Shown piece after piece: positions 1 to 9,354 of a stretch of DNA of 64,000 bases (the first letter of the stretch is position 1; each line of letters begins with the position of its first letter). The notes under the pieces were generated by a model. The model worked only from the letters and a program-made list of their open reading frames with translations, was not told the DNA's origin and searched no databases. Origin of the DNA: Clostridia bacterium (lineage in GTDB: Bacteria; Bacillota; Clostridia; TANB77; CAG-508). Both the position numbers and the translations under genes were made by a program. The stretch is from positions 960 to 64,959 of the forward strand of contig JAFVBS010000012.1 in the NCBI GenBank assembly GCA_017479865.1. Reading direction: 5' to 3'.

Positions 1-1
1 T

Positions 2-994
2 TTTATTTTATTAATTTTAATTAATATTTTTAATTTTATTTTTATTAAAAATAAAATAATTAATTATATTATTTTATCATTAATTCCACTTGAATTAATT
101 TTAATATTAATTTATTATTTTAAAAATAAAAAAATAAAACAAATAAAACAGGAAAAAGAAAAATTAATTAAAAAAGAAAATCAAGAAAAAATTGCAATCA
201 TTAATAGTAAAATAGACTTACTAGAAAGTGAAATAAAAAAACAAACAGAAGAGATTGAGCAAGAACAAAAAAATCAAGAAATAAAAATAGAATTGGAAAA
301 AGAAAAAATTAAAAATGAATATGCTAATATTGATATTAATGAATTATTTAGCATTCAAGAAAATGACCGAATGGAGCAAGCATTAAAGCAATCTAACGAA
401 AGAATCACTAATTATCAATTAACTTTAAATAATTTGGCACATGAAGAAAAAGAAAGGCAAGAAAAAATAGAGCAATATACTTCGTTAAAAGAGGAACAAG
501 AAAATTTACAAGAACAATTACAAGAAATTGAAAAAAATAATGAATGTTTTAATTTAGCAAAACAATTATTAGAAAACGCTTATGAAAAAATGAAAAATAA
601 TGTTACACCAAAATTTACAGAAAATTTATCAAATATGATTAACATGATTTCAAATGGAAAATATAATAAAGTAGCAGTTCACGATGAAAAAGGATTAATA
701 GTAGAAAAGGAAAACGGAGAATATATTCCAGCAGGTAGCTTAAGTGCTGGAACGATAGACCAACTATATCTATCTTTGCGTTTGTCCATGTTAAACGAAA
801 TATCAAAAGAAACAATGCCAGTAATATTAGATGAAGCATTTGCGTATTTTGATGAAGAGAGACTAGAAAATATTTTAAAATTTTTAGCAGAAAATGCGAA
901 AGCACATCAAATTATTATTTTTACTTGTACCAAAAGAGAGCAAGAATTATTCAATAAAATGCAAATTCCATACCATCTCATTAATTTAACTTGA
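2..994 (+). CDS. AAA/ABC-type ATPase, YhaN/SbcC-like, C-terminal part (5' end lies outside the window)
   Basis: The frame of the 293..994 ORF stays open back to nt 2. It reads through hydrophobic stretches (FILLILINIF.., IILSLIPLELILILIYYF) and then a long K/E/Q coiled coil. The C-terminus has an LSAGTIDQLYLSLRL signature-like motif and a PVILDEAFAYFD Walker-B/D-loop. Confidence 0.7.
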   Translation, partial: FILLILINIFNFIFIKNKIINYIILSLIPLELILILIYYFKNKKIKQIKQEKEKLIKKENQEKIAIINSKIDLLESEIKKQTEEIEQEQKNQEIKIELEKEKIKNEYANIDINELFSIQENDRMEQALKQSNERITNYQLTLNNLAHEEKERQEKIEQYTSLKEEQENLQEQLQEIEKNNECFNLAKQLLENAYEKMKNNVTPKFTENLSNMINMISNGKYNKVAVHDEKGLIVEKENGEYIPAGSLSAGTIDQLYLSLRLSMLNEISKETMPVILDEAFAYFDEERLENILKFLAENAKAHQIIIFTCTKREQELFNKMQIPYHLINLT

Positions 995-1051
995 AATTTC
1001 CATATAAATACAGTATAATGAAAAGGCAAATTAAAATTAAGGAGAATGAAT

Positions 1052-2116
1052 ATGTTTCAAAAATTAGATGACGTAGAAAAAAGATATGAGGAAATTACGC
1101 AAAAAATTGCTGACCCAGAAATTATTAGCAAGCAGGATGAGTGGAAAACGCTCATGAAGGAACATGCAGAAATTGAACCAGTTGTATTAAAATATAGAGA
1201 ATATAAAACAGTAAAACAAGCGATAGAAGATGCTAAAGAAATGCTAGGAGATCCAGAGTTAAAAGAATTGGCAGAAGTAGAAATTGAAGAAGGAAAAGAA
1301 AAGTTGCCAAAGTTAGAAGAAGAAATTAAAATTTTATTAATTCCAAAGGACCCTAACGACGACAAAAACGTAATTTGCGAAATTAGAGGAGGAGCAGGAG
1401 GAGAAGAGGCAGCATTATTTGCAGGAACGCTTTTTAGAATGTATTCTATGTATGCTGAAAAAAAACATTGGAAGTTAGAAGTATTAAATGAAAACGAAAC
1501 TGGCTTAGGAGGCTATAAAGAAATTTCTTTTATGATTACAGGAAAAGGAGCTTATAGTAGACTTAAATTTGAAAGTGGAGTTCACAGAGTACAAAGAGTG
1601 CCAGATACAGAAGCAAGTGGTAGAATTCATACCTCAACAGCGACTGTTGTAGTTCTCCCTGAAGTAGAAGATGTAGAAATTGAAATTAATCCAGCAGATA
1701 TCAAAATGGAAGTATTTAGAGCCTCAGGAGCGGGAGGACAACATATTAATAAAACTTCTTCTGCTGTTCGTTTAATTCACATTCCAACAGGGATGGTAGC
1801 GGAATGTCAAACAGAGAGGTCACAATTCCAAAATAGAGATTATGCCATGAGATTACTTCGCTCTCGTTTATATGAACAAGAAAAGGAAAAGCAAGATGCA
1901 GAAGTTGCCAATGCAAGGAAGAGCCAAGTTGGTAGTGGCGATAGAAGCGAAAAAATAAGAACCTATAATTATCCACAAGGACGTATTACAGACCATAGAA
2001 TAGGATTATCTATCTATCAAATGGACAATTTCTTAAATGGTGACTTAGACGAAATGATTGATAGTTTAATTACTGCAGATACCGCAGAAAAGCTAAAAGG
2101 AAATGAAGAAGAATAA
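1052..2116 (+). CDS. prfA: peptide chain release factor 1
   Basis: GGQ motif ([11 protein letters not shown]) and a P-x-T type recognition loop ([14 protein letters not shown]). GGAG at 1041..1044 favours the ATG at 1052 over the ORF-track ATG at 1046. Confidence 0.93.
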   Translation: MFQKLDDVEKRYEEITQKIADPEIISKQDEWKTLMKEHAEIEPVVLKYREYKTVKQAIEDAKEMLGDPELKELAEVEIEEGKEKLPKLEEEIKILLIPKDPNDDKNVICEIRGGAGGEEAALFAGTLFRMYSMYAEKKHWKLEVLNENETGLGGYKEISFMITGKGAYSRLKFESGVHRVQRVPDTEASGRIHTSTATVVVLPEVEDVEIEINPADIKMEVFRASGAGGQHINKTSSAVRLIHIPTGMVAECQTERSQFQNRDYAMRLLRSRLYEQEKEKQDAEVANARKSQVGSGDRSEKIRTYNYPQGRITDHRIGLSIYQMDNFLNGDLDEMIDSLITADTAEKLKGNEEE

Positions 2117-2179
2117 ACTCATAAATCCCACTTCTTACAAATACAATGTACTAACATTGATTTGTAAGGAGTTTTTATT

Positions 2180-2630
2180 TTGGAAGAAATATTAAAAACC
2201 ACATTAATTGGATTATTCTTTGGAACTTTTGGAACAACCATCGGTGGAATAATCGGAATTACATTTAAAAATCCATCAAAAAAATTTTTAAGCTTTATTT
2301 TATCCTTTGCTTCAGGACTCATGATTGCCATTGTTTGTTTTGATTTAATTCCAGAAGCATTTGGACTTTCGGGCCTACCGACCTCATTTTTAGGAATGAT
2401 ATTTGGTATTGTTACCATGATTATATGCGAAATGCTAGTAGATAAAAAGTTTAGTAATCATAGCAAAATTGCAAGCAATTCTTTACTAAAAACGGGGGTC
2501 ATTGTCAGTATTGGCTTGGCACTCCATAACTTTCCAGAAGGATTAGCCATTGGCTCTGGTTTTGGAGCTTCCATCAAATTAGGCATTTCCCTAGCCATTG
2601 CCATTTGCTTACATGATATACCAGAAGGAA
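2180..2630 (+). pseudogene. ZIP-family (ZupT-like) metal transporter, 5' part, interrupted by the island
   Basis: Multi-TM protein with LHNFPEGLAIG and CLHDIPEG motifs. After PEG the reading frame runs into island DNA and stops 6 codons later. The remainder of the protein is at 16429..16718. Confidence 0.85.
2621..2630. repeat. left copy of the 10 bp direct repeat CCAGAAGGAA (attL core)
   Basis: Identical 10-mer at 16419..16428. Both copies encode the PEG of the split transporter. Confidence 0.8.
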
Positions 2631-2681
2631 GACTCCAAAGTAGACAGTAAAAATAAAAAAACACAATACTTCGAAAAAATA

Positions 2682-2697
2682 AATTTGAATCCATGAT
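2682..2697 (+). repeat. AATTTGAATCCATGAT motif, copy 1 (about 50 bp inside attL)
   Basis: The same 16-mer recurs at 14687..14702. A 13 bp inverted copy is at 14743..14755. Confidence 0.7.
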
Positions 2698-2784
2698 TTA
2701 TTTTAAAATATTTTTGAAATTCATAGATTTTTAAAAGAGAAAATGATATAATAATAGTACAAATTTATGATGGAGGTAATCAAT

Positions 2785-3027
2785 ATGTCTATAGAAAAAC
2801 AAAAATTATATAATGAAATTGAAACATTGCCAGAAGAACTTGCCAATCAAGTAATTAATTTTATTGAATATTTAAAATTATCATATATAGATACCGAAGC
2901 TCCAGACACAGTAACAATAAAAAGTAAAAAAGATTTAAAAGAAAAGCTACAAAAAGGACTAGATGATATAAAAGCAAATAAAGTATATTCGCTAGATGAA
3001 ACTTTTGCTAAAATAGATAATATATAA
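2785..3027 (+). CDS. type II antitoxin (small acidic protein upstream of the RelE/ParE toxin)
   Basis: GGAGG at 2772..2776, 8 nt before the ATG at 2785. An 80 aa protein lying 20 nt upstream of the toxin gene. Confidence 0.6.
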   Translation: MSIEKQKLYNEIETLPEELANQVINFIEYLKLSYIDTEAPDTVTIKSKKDLKEKLQKGLDDIKANKVYSLDETFAKIDNI

Positions 3028-3046
3028 AAAACAGGGAGTAAATGTA

Positions 3047-3370
3047 GTGAAAAAATATATAGTGGAAATTTCGGAAACTGCTGAAGAGGATTTAGAAAAT
3101 ATTATTTCATATCTTAGAGATAATTTAGCAGGAGATATTATAGCAGATAAATACAAAATTTTATTTAAACAAAAATTAAAAGATTTAGAAGAAATAGCAG
3201 GAAGTATGCCTATTTTAGATGAAGGCTTGACAGGACATGAAAACATTAGAAAAATTAATGTAAGGAATTATATAGTATTTTATATAGTTGATGAAGAAAA
3301 TTCTAAAGCAGTAGTATTAAGAATAGGACATGCCTTTATGGATTGGGAAAAATATTTAAAAGATGAATAA
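3047..3370 (+). CDS. RelE/ParE-family type II toxin
   Basis: 107 aa. The sequence resembles RelE/ParE-family toxins (IVEISETAEEDLENI.. N-terminus, ..YIVFYIVDEENSKAVVLRIGH core). GTG start preceded by GGGAG. Confidence 0.7.
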   Translation: MKKYIVEISETAEEDLENIISYLRDNLAGDIIADKYKILFKQKLKDLEEIAGSMPILDEGLTGHENIRKINVRNYIVFYIVDEENSKAVVLRIGHAFMDWEKYLKDE

Positions 3371-3379
3371 TTAAAAAAT

Positions 3380-3416
3380 GGATAATTAACAATTAATTAA
3401 TTATCTGTTTTTTGTT
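3380..3416 (+). terminator. intrinsic terminator after the toxin gene
   Basis: GATAATTAA..TTAATTATC stem followed by TGTTTTTTG. Confidence 0.6.
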
Positions 3417-3840
3417 TTTGGCTAGAAAATAAAAATTGATAAATATACAAGTGAGAAAAAATGAAATTAATACTCGAGCGGACAGAAAAATAGCTTCAAA
3501 CGGACATGTTAAAGTATCCGAATGAGGCTTTTTTTGAAGTTTTTTTAGCGGACATTTTGACACTATGAAAAATACCTAAAAATAAAGTAAAACCGCAAAT
3601 TTAGGTGTGTCGAGTTTAGCAGGATATGACACAGGTAAAGGAAAAAAGTGGCATTAGAGGGTGTGTTGTATCTGGATAGCCAAAAAGTAAATTGAGGGGA
3701 TATAAAAAAGCGGTGCGATTATTTATTGATGTAGGTAAGTGGTTATTGAAAAGCATTTGGTTTTATGTTATAGTTTAGGTAGTAAGATAGTAATGGGAGA
3801 ATTATCATATGGCTGAGTTAAGGATATTGATAATAAAGTA

Positions 3841-3872
3841 AAAGCAAGTTAATACGTAATTTGCTTTTTTCT
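3841..3872 (+). terminator. hairpin plus T-run ahead of the sugar cluster
   Basis: AAAGCAA..TTGCTTT stem followed by TTTTT. Confidence 0.45.
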
Positions 3873-3894
3873 TTTTGATGTTTTAAGCAATTTA

Positions 3895-3923
3895 TTGACT
3901 TTTTACTGAGGAAATGGTAAAAT
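3895..3923 (+). promoter_or_regulatory. sigma-A type promoter of the sugar cluster
   Basis: TTGACT (3895..3900), 17 nt spacer, TAAAAT (3918..3923). It lies inside the ORF-track start region, so the real start is the ATG at 3974. Confidence 0.55.
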
Positions 3924-3973
3924 TATGTAAATTTAAGAATGAATTTAGAAGTAAAACTGAAAAGAGGAAAGGT

Positions 3974-5059
3974 ATGGAAAATAATAATCAGTATGCTTTG
4001 ATTTTAGCTGGCGGAAGCGGAACAAGATTATGGCCAATTAGTACAGATGATAAGCCAAAACAATTTCTAAATTTATATAAAGATGACATCATGATTAATG
4101 AAACAATCAAAAGAATAGAACCATTATTTAAACCAGAGAACATATTTATTATTATTAATCAAAATCAAAAAGAAATTGCTAATCGATATATTGATTTTCG
4201 TATTCCAAGGAAAAATATTATTTCTGAGCCAAAAGCTAAAAATACAGCTATGTGTATTTTTTATGCTACCTTAAAAATAATTGCGGCTAGAGGAAATGGA
4301 ATTATGACAGTTTTATCTTCAGATCATTATATAAAGAAAGAAAAAAACTTAAGAGATAATATAGTAGAAGGAATTCAAATTGCTATTAAAGGAGAAAATT
4401 TAATAACAATAGGAATCAAACCAACTTATCCTGCAACAGGATTTGGATATATTAAGTATACTTATAATGAAGAGAATCAATGGAATGAAGTATTAGAATT
4501 TAAAGAAAAGCCTAATTATGAGAAAGCAGTAGAATATCTAAAGAATGGAAATTACTATTGGAATAGTGGAATGTTTATTTGGCAAACTGAAACCATATTA
4601 AATCATTATCAAAAATATTTACCAGAAGTATATCAATATAAGCAAGAGATTGAAAGTAGTATTCATCATTCAAAAGAAAATGAAATGATAGAAAAAATAT
4701 ATGATGAAGTCATATCTATTTCAATTGATAAAGGACTATTAGAGAAGTCAAGTAATATTAAAATGATAAAAAGTGAATTTGAATGGATGGATATTGGAAG
4801 CATCAATGATTTTTTTGATATCAGATCCAAAAATCAAAATGATAATGTAGAGATAGGGAATATCATTACACAAGATACAGAAAGAACTAATATTTATAAT
4901 GAGAATAAAGAATGTTTAATAGCTACAATAGGAATAGAAAGTTTAAATATTATTAGCTGTAATGGAGTGATATTAGTTGCTAATAAAGAAAAAATGAATG
5001 AATTACCTAATCTAATAGAAAAGATTAAAAAGGATGTAAAATATAAAAAGTATTTATAG
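3974..5059 (+). CDS. sugar-1-phosphate nucleotidylyltransferase (mannose-1-phosphate guanylyltransferase family, no C-terminal isomerase domain)
   Basis: LILAGGSGTRLWPIS nucleotide-binding signature. RBS AGAGGAAAGG before the ATG at 3974. Confidence 0.75.
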   Translation: MENNNQYALILAGGSGTRLWPISTDDKPKQFLNLYKDDIMINETIKRIEPLFKPENIFIIINQNQKEIANRYIDFRIPRKNIISEPKAKNTAMCIFYATLKIIAARGNGIMTVLSSDHYIKKEKNLRDNIVEGIQIAIKGENLITIGIKPTYPATGFGYIKYTYNEENQWNEVLEFKEKPNYEKAVEYLKNGNYYWNSGMFIWQTETILNHYQKYLPEVYQYKQEIESSIHHSKENEMIEKIYDEVISISIDKGLLEKSSNIKMIKSEFEWMDIGSINDFFDIRSKNQNDNVEIGNIITQDTERTNIYNENKECLIATIGIESLNIISCNGVILVANKEKMNELPNLIEKIKKDVKYKKYL

Positions 5060-5068
5060 GGGTATTAT

Positions 5069-6082
5069 ATGAAATCAGACTATTTTTACGATATTGCTGA
5101 AAAAGTAAGTATTCACGACTATATAGAGAAATTAGATGGAAGAGTATTATTTATTTATTCTCCTACTTCCTTAGAAAAAATAGATATTAGACATTCAAAA
5201 ATTCTTTTTAAAAATTGGCATCATATTTCAAAAAATGTAGAAAAAATTGATGAGTATATCAAAACACTAAATAATATTGAAGAGATAATTACTTTTGGAG
5301 GAGGTAGCACAATTGATATTGGAAAATACATATCTTCTCAATTAAATATCAAATATACTTGTATTCCTTCAATGCTATCAACAAATGCTTATGCAACGGA
5401 CAAGGCTGCTTTAATCAAAAATGAAAAGAAAGTAACAATAGTAGCAAAAATGCCTGACAAGATTATTATTGATGATGAAGTCTTAAAGCTTTCAAAAGAT
5501 GAAAATTTATACGGATTAGCAGATGTCTTATCAATTCATACAGCATTGTATGACTGGAAAATAGCAAATGAAGACATAAAGGAAACAATAGATAAAGAAA
5601 TATATGAGAAAGCAAAACACTTACTAAATGAGGTGTTAGAATTTATTCAGGATAACTCTTTAGAGCACATAGTTGAGAGCAATATGAAGTTATTTCAATT
5701 TATTGGAGAAGCGGGATATATTACCAATTTATATGGAACAGGAAGACCAGAAAGTGGGTCAGAACATATTATGGCAAAAGAGATTGAAAGAAGAATAGAT
5801 ATGCCACATGGAATATCTGTATCAATAGGGATTTTATCAATGGTATTATTACAAAATAGGAACATAACACGTATATTAGGAGCAATTCAAAAAATGAAAA
5901 TTTTGGAAAGCAGTTCAAAATTTGGATTATCCGCTGAGATAATTGAAAAAAGTTTTTTAAACTTAACACCCAGAATTGACCGCTATACAATAGTAAACCG
6001 ACATACAGAAAATATGGAACACAGAAAAAAAGTAATAGAGAGTTTTTTGAAAATAGTAGATAAGCAAATAATAACTAAATAA
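5069..6082 (+). CDS. iron-containing alcohol dehydrogenase superfamily, glycerol-1-phosphate dehydrogenase-like
   Basis: FGGGSTIDIGKY, IPSMLSTNAYATDKAAL, GLADVLSIHTALYDW and GRPESGSEH motifs in the order seen in G1PDH/AraM-type enzymes. Confidence 0.5.
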   Translation: MKSDYFYDIAEKVSIHDYIEKLDGRVLFIYSPTSLEKIDIRHSKILFKNWHHISKNVEKIDEYIKTLNNIEEIITFGGGSTIDIGKYISSQLNIKYTCIPSMLSTNAYATDKAALIKNEKKVTIVAKMPDKIIIDDEVLKLSKDENLYGLADVLSIHTALYDWKIANEDIKETIDKEIYEKAKHLLNEVLEFIQDNSLEHIVESNMKLFQFIGEAGYITNLYGTGRPESGSEHIMAKEIERRIDMPHGISVSIGILSMVLLQNRNITRILGAIQKMKILESSSKFGLSAEIIEKSFLNLTPRIDRYTIVNRHTENMEHRKKVIESFLKIVDKQIITK

Positions 6083-6106
6083 AATTTCTTATAGAATGGA
6101 GAAAAA

Positions 6107-7393
6107 ATGAGTAAAAGTAATAAAGTAGGTATTATTGGATTGGGATATGTTGGTGCACCATTAGCATATTTGGCAGCAATTACTGGATATACAGTTATTG
6201 GGATTGATAATAACGAAGAGGCAATAGAAAATATGAATAGAAAAATAAATGCCCCTAATGAACTTCATGATAAACTTGATAAAGTGGAACTTATTGCTTC
6301 TAATGATTATTCGTTATTGAGAGATACAGATATTATTATTATTTGTGTTCCAACACCTACTATTAATAATAAACCAGACACTTCAATATTAAAAAATGTT
6401 ATTAGTGGAATAAGTAAATTCATCAAAAGAGGTTGTCTAATTATAGTAGAAAGTACAGTTGCACCAGGAATGACAAGAGAATATGTAGAACAATATCTGC
6501 TAAAAAAAGAAAAATTAATTATAAATAAAGATTACTACTTAGCTTATTGTCCTGAAAGAATAGATCCAGGGAACAAAAAGTTTTGGGTAGGAAATATTAA
6601 TAGAGTTTGTGGAGCATCATCAGATTATGCATTAAATAAAGCATGTGAATTTTACCAATCTATGATAAAGGCGAGAGTAATTCCTATGGAATCTATTGAA
6701 GAGGCAGAACTTGTGAAGGTTTGGGAGAATTCTATGAGAAATGTCAGTATTGCTCAAGCAAATTTATTGGCAATGATGTGTGATAAATATCATTTTTCTG
6801 TGGAACAAGTTCTAGAAGGTCTTAATAGTAAGGTTGAACAATTTGGACTAACATTAGCATATCCAGGGATTGGACCTGGAGGACATTGTATTCCAGAAGA
6901 TATTCACTATTTAATTAATACTTCAGAAAAAGATATTGATATTAATATGAATTTGCTCAAAGAGGCTGTTAAGATTAATGAGGAAATGCCAAGATATGCA
7001 TATGATAAAATAAAATCAATTATCCAAAAAAGTGGTGAAAAGGTAGAGAAAATGAAATTTTTAATGTTAGGAATTAGTTATAAACCTAATTCGGCTGACA
7101 TCCGAAAATCACAAGCTTTAGTTTTATACAATTTAATAAAAAATGACAATCAGAAAATTGATTTATATGATCCTATTGCAAAATATGATATAAAGGATAT
7201 TAGCTCAAAAAAAATATTTGAAAAGAAAATAAGTGAAGCAGATATTATTATTGTCGGCTGTGCACATGATATATTTTTACAACTTGATTATACTCATTAT
7301 AAAAATGTGAAATATATTCTAGACTGTTGGAATAAACTTGATGAATCAAAAATAGAAAAAGCAGGAATTCATTATATTGGAGTAGGAAAATGA
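6107..7393 (+). CDS. nucleotide-sugar 6-dehydrogenase (UDP-glucose/GDP-mannose dehydrogenase family)
   Basis: N-terminal Rossmann motif IGLGYVGAPLA and catalytic region GPGGHCIPED. Confidence 0.85.
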   Translation: MSKSNKVGIIGLGYVGAPLAYLAAITGYTVIGIDNNEEAIENMNRKINAPNELHDKLDKVELIASNDYSLLRDTDIIIICVPTPTINNKPDTSILKNVISGISKFIKRGCLIIVESTVAPGMTREYVEQYLLKKEKLIINKDYYLAYCPERIDPGNKKFWVGNINRVCGASSDYALNKACEFYQSMIKARVIPMESIEEAELVKVWENSMRNVSIAQANLLAMMCDKYHFSVEQVLEGLNSKVEQFGLTLAYPGIGPGGHCIPEDIHYLINTSEKDIDINMNLLKEAVKINEEMPRYAYDKIKSIIQKSGEKVEKMKFLMLGISYKPNSADIRKSQALVLYNLIKNDNQKIDLYDPIAKYDIKDISSKKIFEKKISEADIIIVGCAHDIFLQLDYTHYKNVKYILDCWNKLDESKIEKAGIHYIGVGK

Positions 7394-8263
7394 AAGATTT
7401 TATTGTATCGCCTTTTTATACCATTAGAGAAAATAAGTTATTATATTTAAATCAGTATGAAATATGTAAATTACCATCAGAGAAAACAATTAAAAATTTA
7501 ATTCTAAGAGATGAAGGGGTATTACTTAATAAAATAGATAAAGACAACAAAGAAAAATCCGTCTTAGTATTAGAACCACATCCAGATGATTTTTCTTTAT
7601 CAGCTTTAGGGTACACACTATATCAACACAATGCAATAGTTCTTAATGTATTTTCAAAAATGATGCTAGAGAGTTTTACTTGGAAAAATAATATTAATAT
7701 TAGTAAAGAACAGTATGAAAAATTACGTTTAGAAGAATCAAAATTGGCTATTGAAGTGATACTTAAGCGGTAAGTTTATTTCCTTAAAGGAAGAATCAAC
7801 GAGAATTACAAAGAAAAATTCTAGTATCATACAAAATAAAATTATTAAAAATATCAATAAAATAATCAATGAGAATTCTAAAATAGATACAATATTAATA
7901 CCTATGGGAATTGGCAAGCACCCAGATCATATCATTGTTTATGATACAGTTATGAATTATCAAATGAACAAGCAATTGAAAGTTATTTTATACCCAGAAT
8001 ACCCATATGCAAGATGTAAAAAAGCATATATTGAAAGAATGGAAGAGATAAATAAAAACTATACGTTAAAACCAATTATAGTTGATATAAAAGAAAAAAT
8101 AGATATTCTAGCAGATGCAAGTATAGCATATCGCTCACAATTTGATGATATTAATAGAAATCAAATGTTGGCAATTATACGTGAAGATGCCAGAGCAATT
8201 GCACAAGAATATTTGCAGGATAATGAATCATTAATATATTATGAAATCGGAGATAAAAAATGA
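7390..8263 (+). CDS. PIG-L/LmbE-family deacetylase, continuous only with a +1 shift at the in-frame CGG at 7768
   Basis: LEPHPDDFSL (HPDD) lies in frame 1 and GKHPDHIIVYD in frame 2. Skipping C7768 gives ..EVILKGKFISLKEES.. with no stop. Confidence 0.75.
7768..7770 (+). other. in-frame CGG at a +1 frame junction (AAG CGG TAA -> AAG c GGT AAG)
   Basis: The zero frame stops at the next codon (TAA 7771..7773). The +1 frame is open from 7760 to 8263. Confidence 0.85.
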
Positions 8264-9354
8264 AAATTAGTTTTTTGGATGATGAACCAGAAATATTTCC
8301 TCTTCAATATGGTGGAAAAGCAAGAACAATTGTAAATCTTGCGAAAGAATTTATTAAATTACCAGAAGTCGATAAAGTGACGATACTTAGTAGATCGATT
8401 GTATGTGATAAAGCAGAATTTGATCAAGATGGAATTCATTATGTTGTTTTAAATGACAATAATATAATGAGTAGAATTGCTTTTGAAATAAATGATGCTG
8501 ACATTTTAAATATTCATTGCTGTTCATTTACGTTTCCAGTGATTTTAGGAAAAGCTAAAAAATTTTACTTTTTGCATGATGTATTACTAGCTACAGCAGA
8601 AAAAGGGAGTCATTTAGATAAAGCATTAGGAGGACAGTTTGATGCAATAATTGCTCCTTCTGAGTTTGCAAAATCTGTTTATGAAGAAAATAAAAAAATC
8701 ATCAATGGCAATACCAAATGTTATGTGATTCCAAGACATATTAATACAAAAACATTTTGCGGTATAAGTAAAGAAGAAATCATGCAAGATGAAAAGGCAC
8801 CAGCATTAGTAAAAGATATTATCAACAAATACGAATATATACTATTTTTCCCTAGTCGACCAATTGAAGAAAAAGGGGGAAAATATTTAAAGGAACTATC
8901 AACAGAATTAGGAAAAAAATTTAACAATTACTGTATTGTTGGACCATTTGGTAATGATGATGTACCATCAAAGTCTTGCATCAATACTGATTGGATTAAA
9001 AGTAATAAATTGAAATATTATTATTCAATAGCAGATGTTACACTAAATTTTTCAAGTTTGCCAGAAAGTTTTTCACAAATTTGTCTTGAGTCAGCGTACT
9101 GTGGAACACCTGTAGTATCTTTTAAATCTGGTAATATTCCGACACTTAGCAAGCAAATAGATTCCATCATTTTAGTTGATAAAACAATAGACTCAATTTT
9201 AAATGGAATTAATAACGCTATAGTGATGAAAAATGATTTAGAGCGAATTGAACAAACAAAAGAAAAAATAATTGAAAATTTCGGATCCAAAAAAATTATA
9301 AATGAATATCTTAGCTTATATCAAAAATATATGGAGGGATTAGATGAAGAGTGA
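8260..9354 (+). CDS. glycosyltransferase (GT-B fold, GT4-like)
   Basis: Size, position and C-terminal ..ESFSQICLESAYCGTPVV.. (E-x7-E-like) motif. Confidence 0.7.
   Translation: MKISFLDDEPEIFPLQYGGKARTIVNLAKEFIKLPEVDKVTILSRSIVCDKAEFDQDGIHYVVLNDNNIMSRIAFEINDADILNIHCCSFTFPVILGKAKKFYFLHDVLLATAEKGSHLDKALGGQFDAIIAPSEFAKSVYEENKKIINGNTKCYVIPRHINTKTFCGISKEEIMQDEKAPALVKDIINKYEYILFFPSRPIEEKGGKYLKELSTELGKKFNNYCIVGPFGNDDVPSKSCINTDWIKSNKLKYYYSIADVTLNFSSLPESFSQICLESAYCGTPVVSFKSGNIPTLSKQIDSIILVDKTIDSILNGINNAIVMKNDLERIEQTKEKIIENFGSKKIINEYLSLYQKYMEGLDEE

Noticed and set aside
1046-2116. Looked for an abnormal release factor that might relate to recoding
   Set aside because: RF1 has a normal GGQ and a P-x-T type loop. 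CGG is a sense codon, so RF1 is not expected to be involved, and nothing unusual was seen.
3914-3973. ORF-track start at 3914 for the nucleotidyltransferase
   Set aside because: A TTGACT-17-TAAAAT promoter (3895..3923) overlaps this start. The ATG at 3974 has a good RBS and begins right before the conserved GGSGTRLWP motif.
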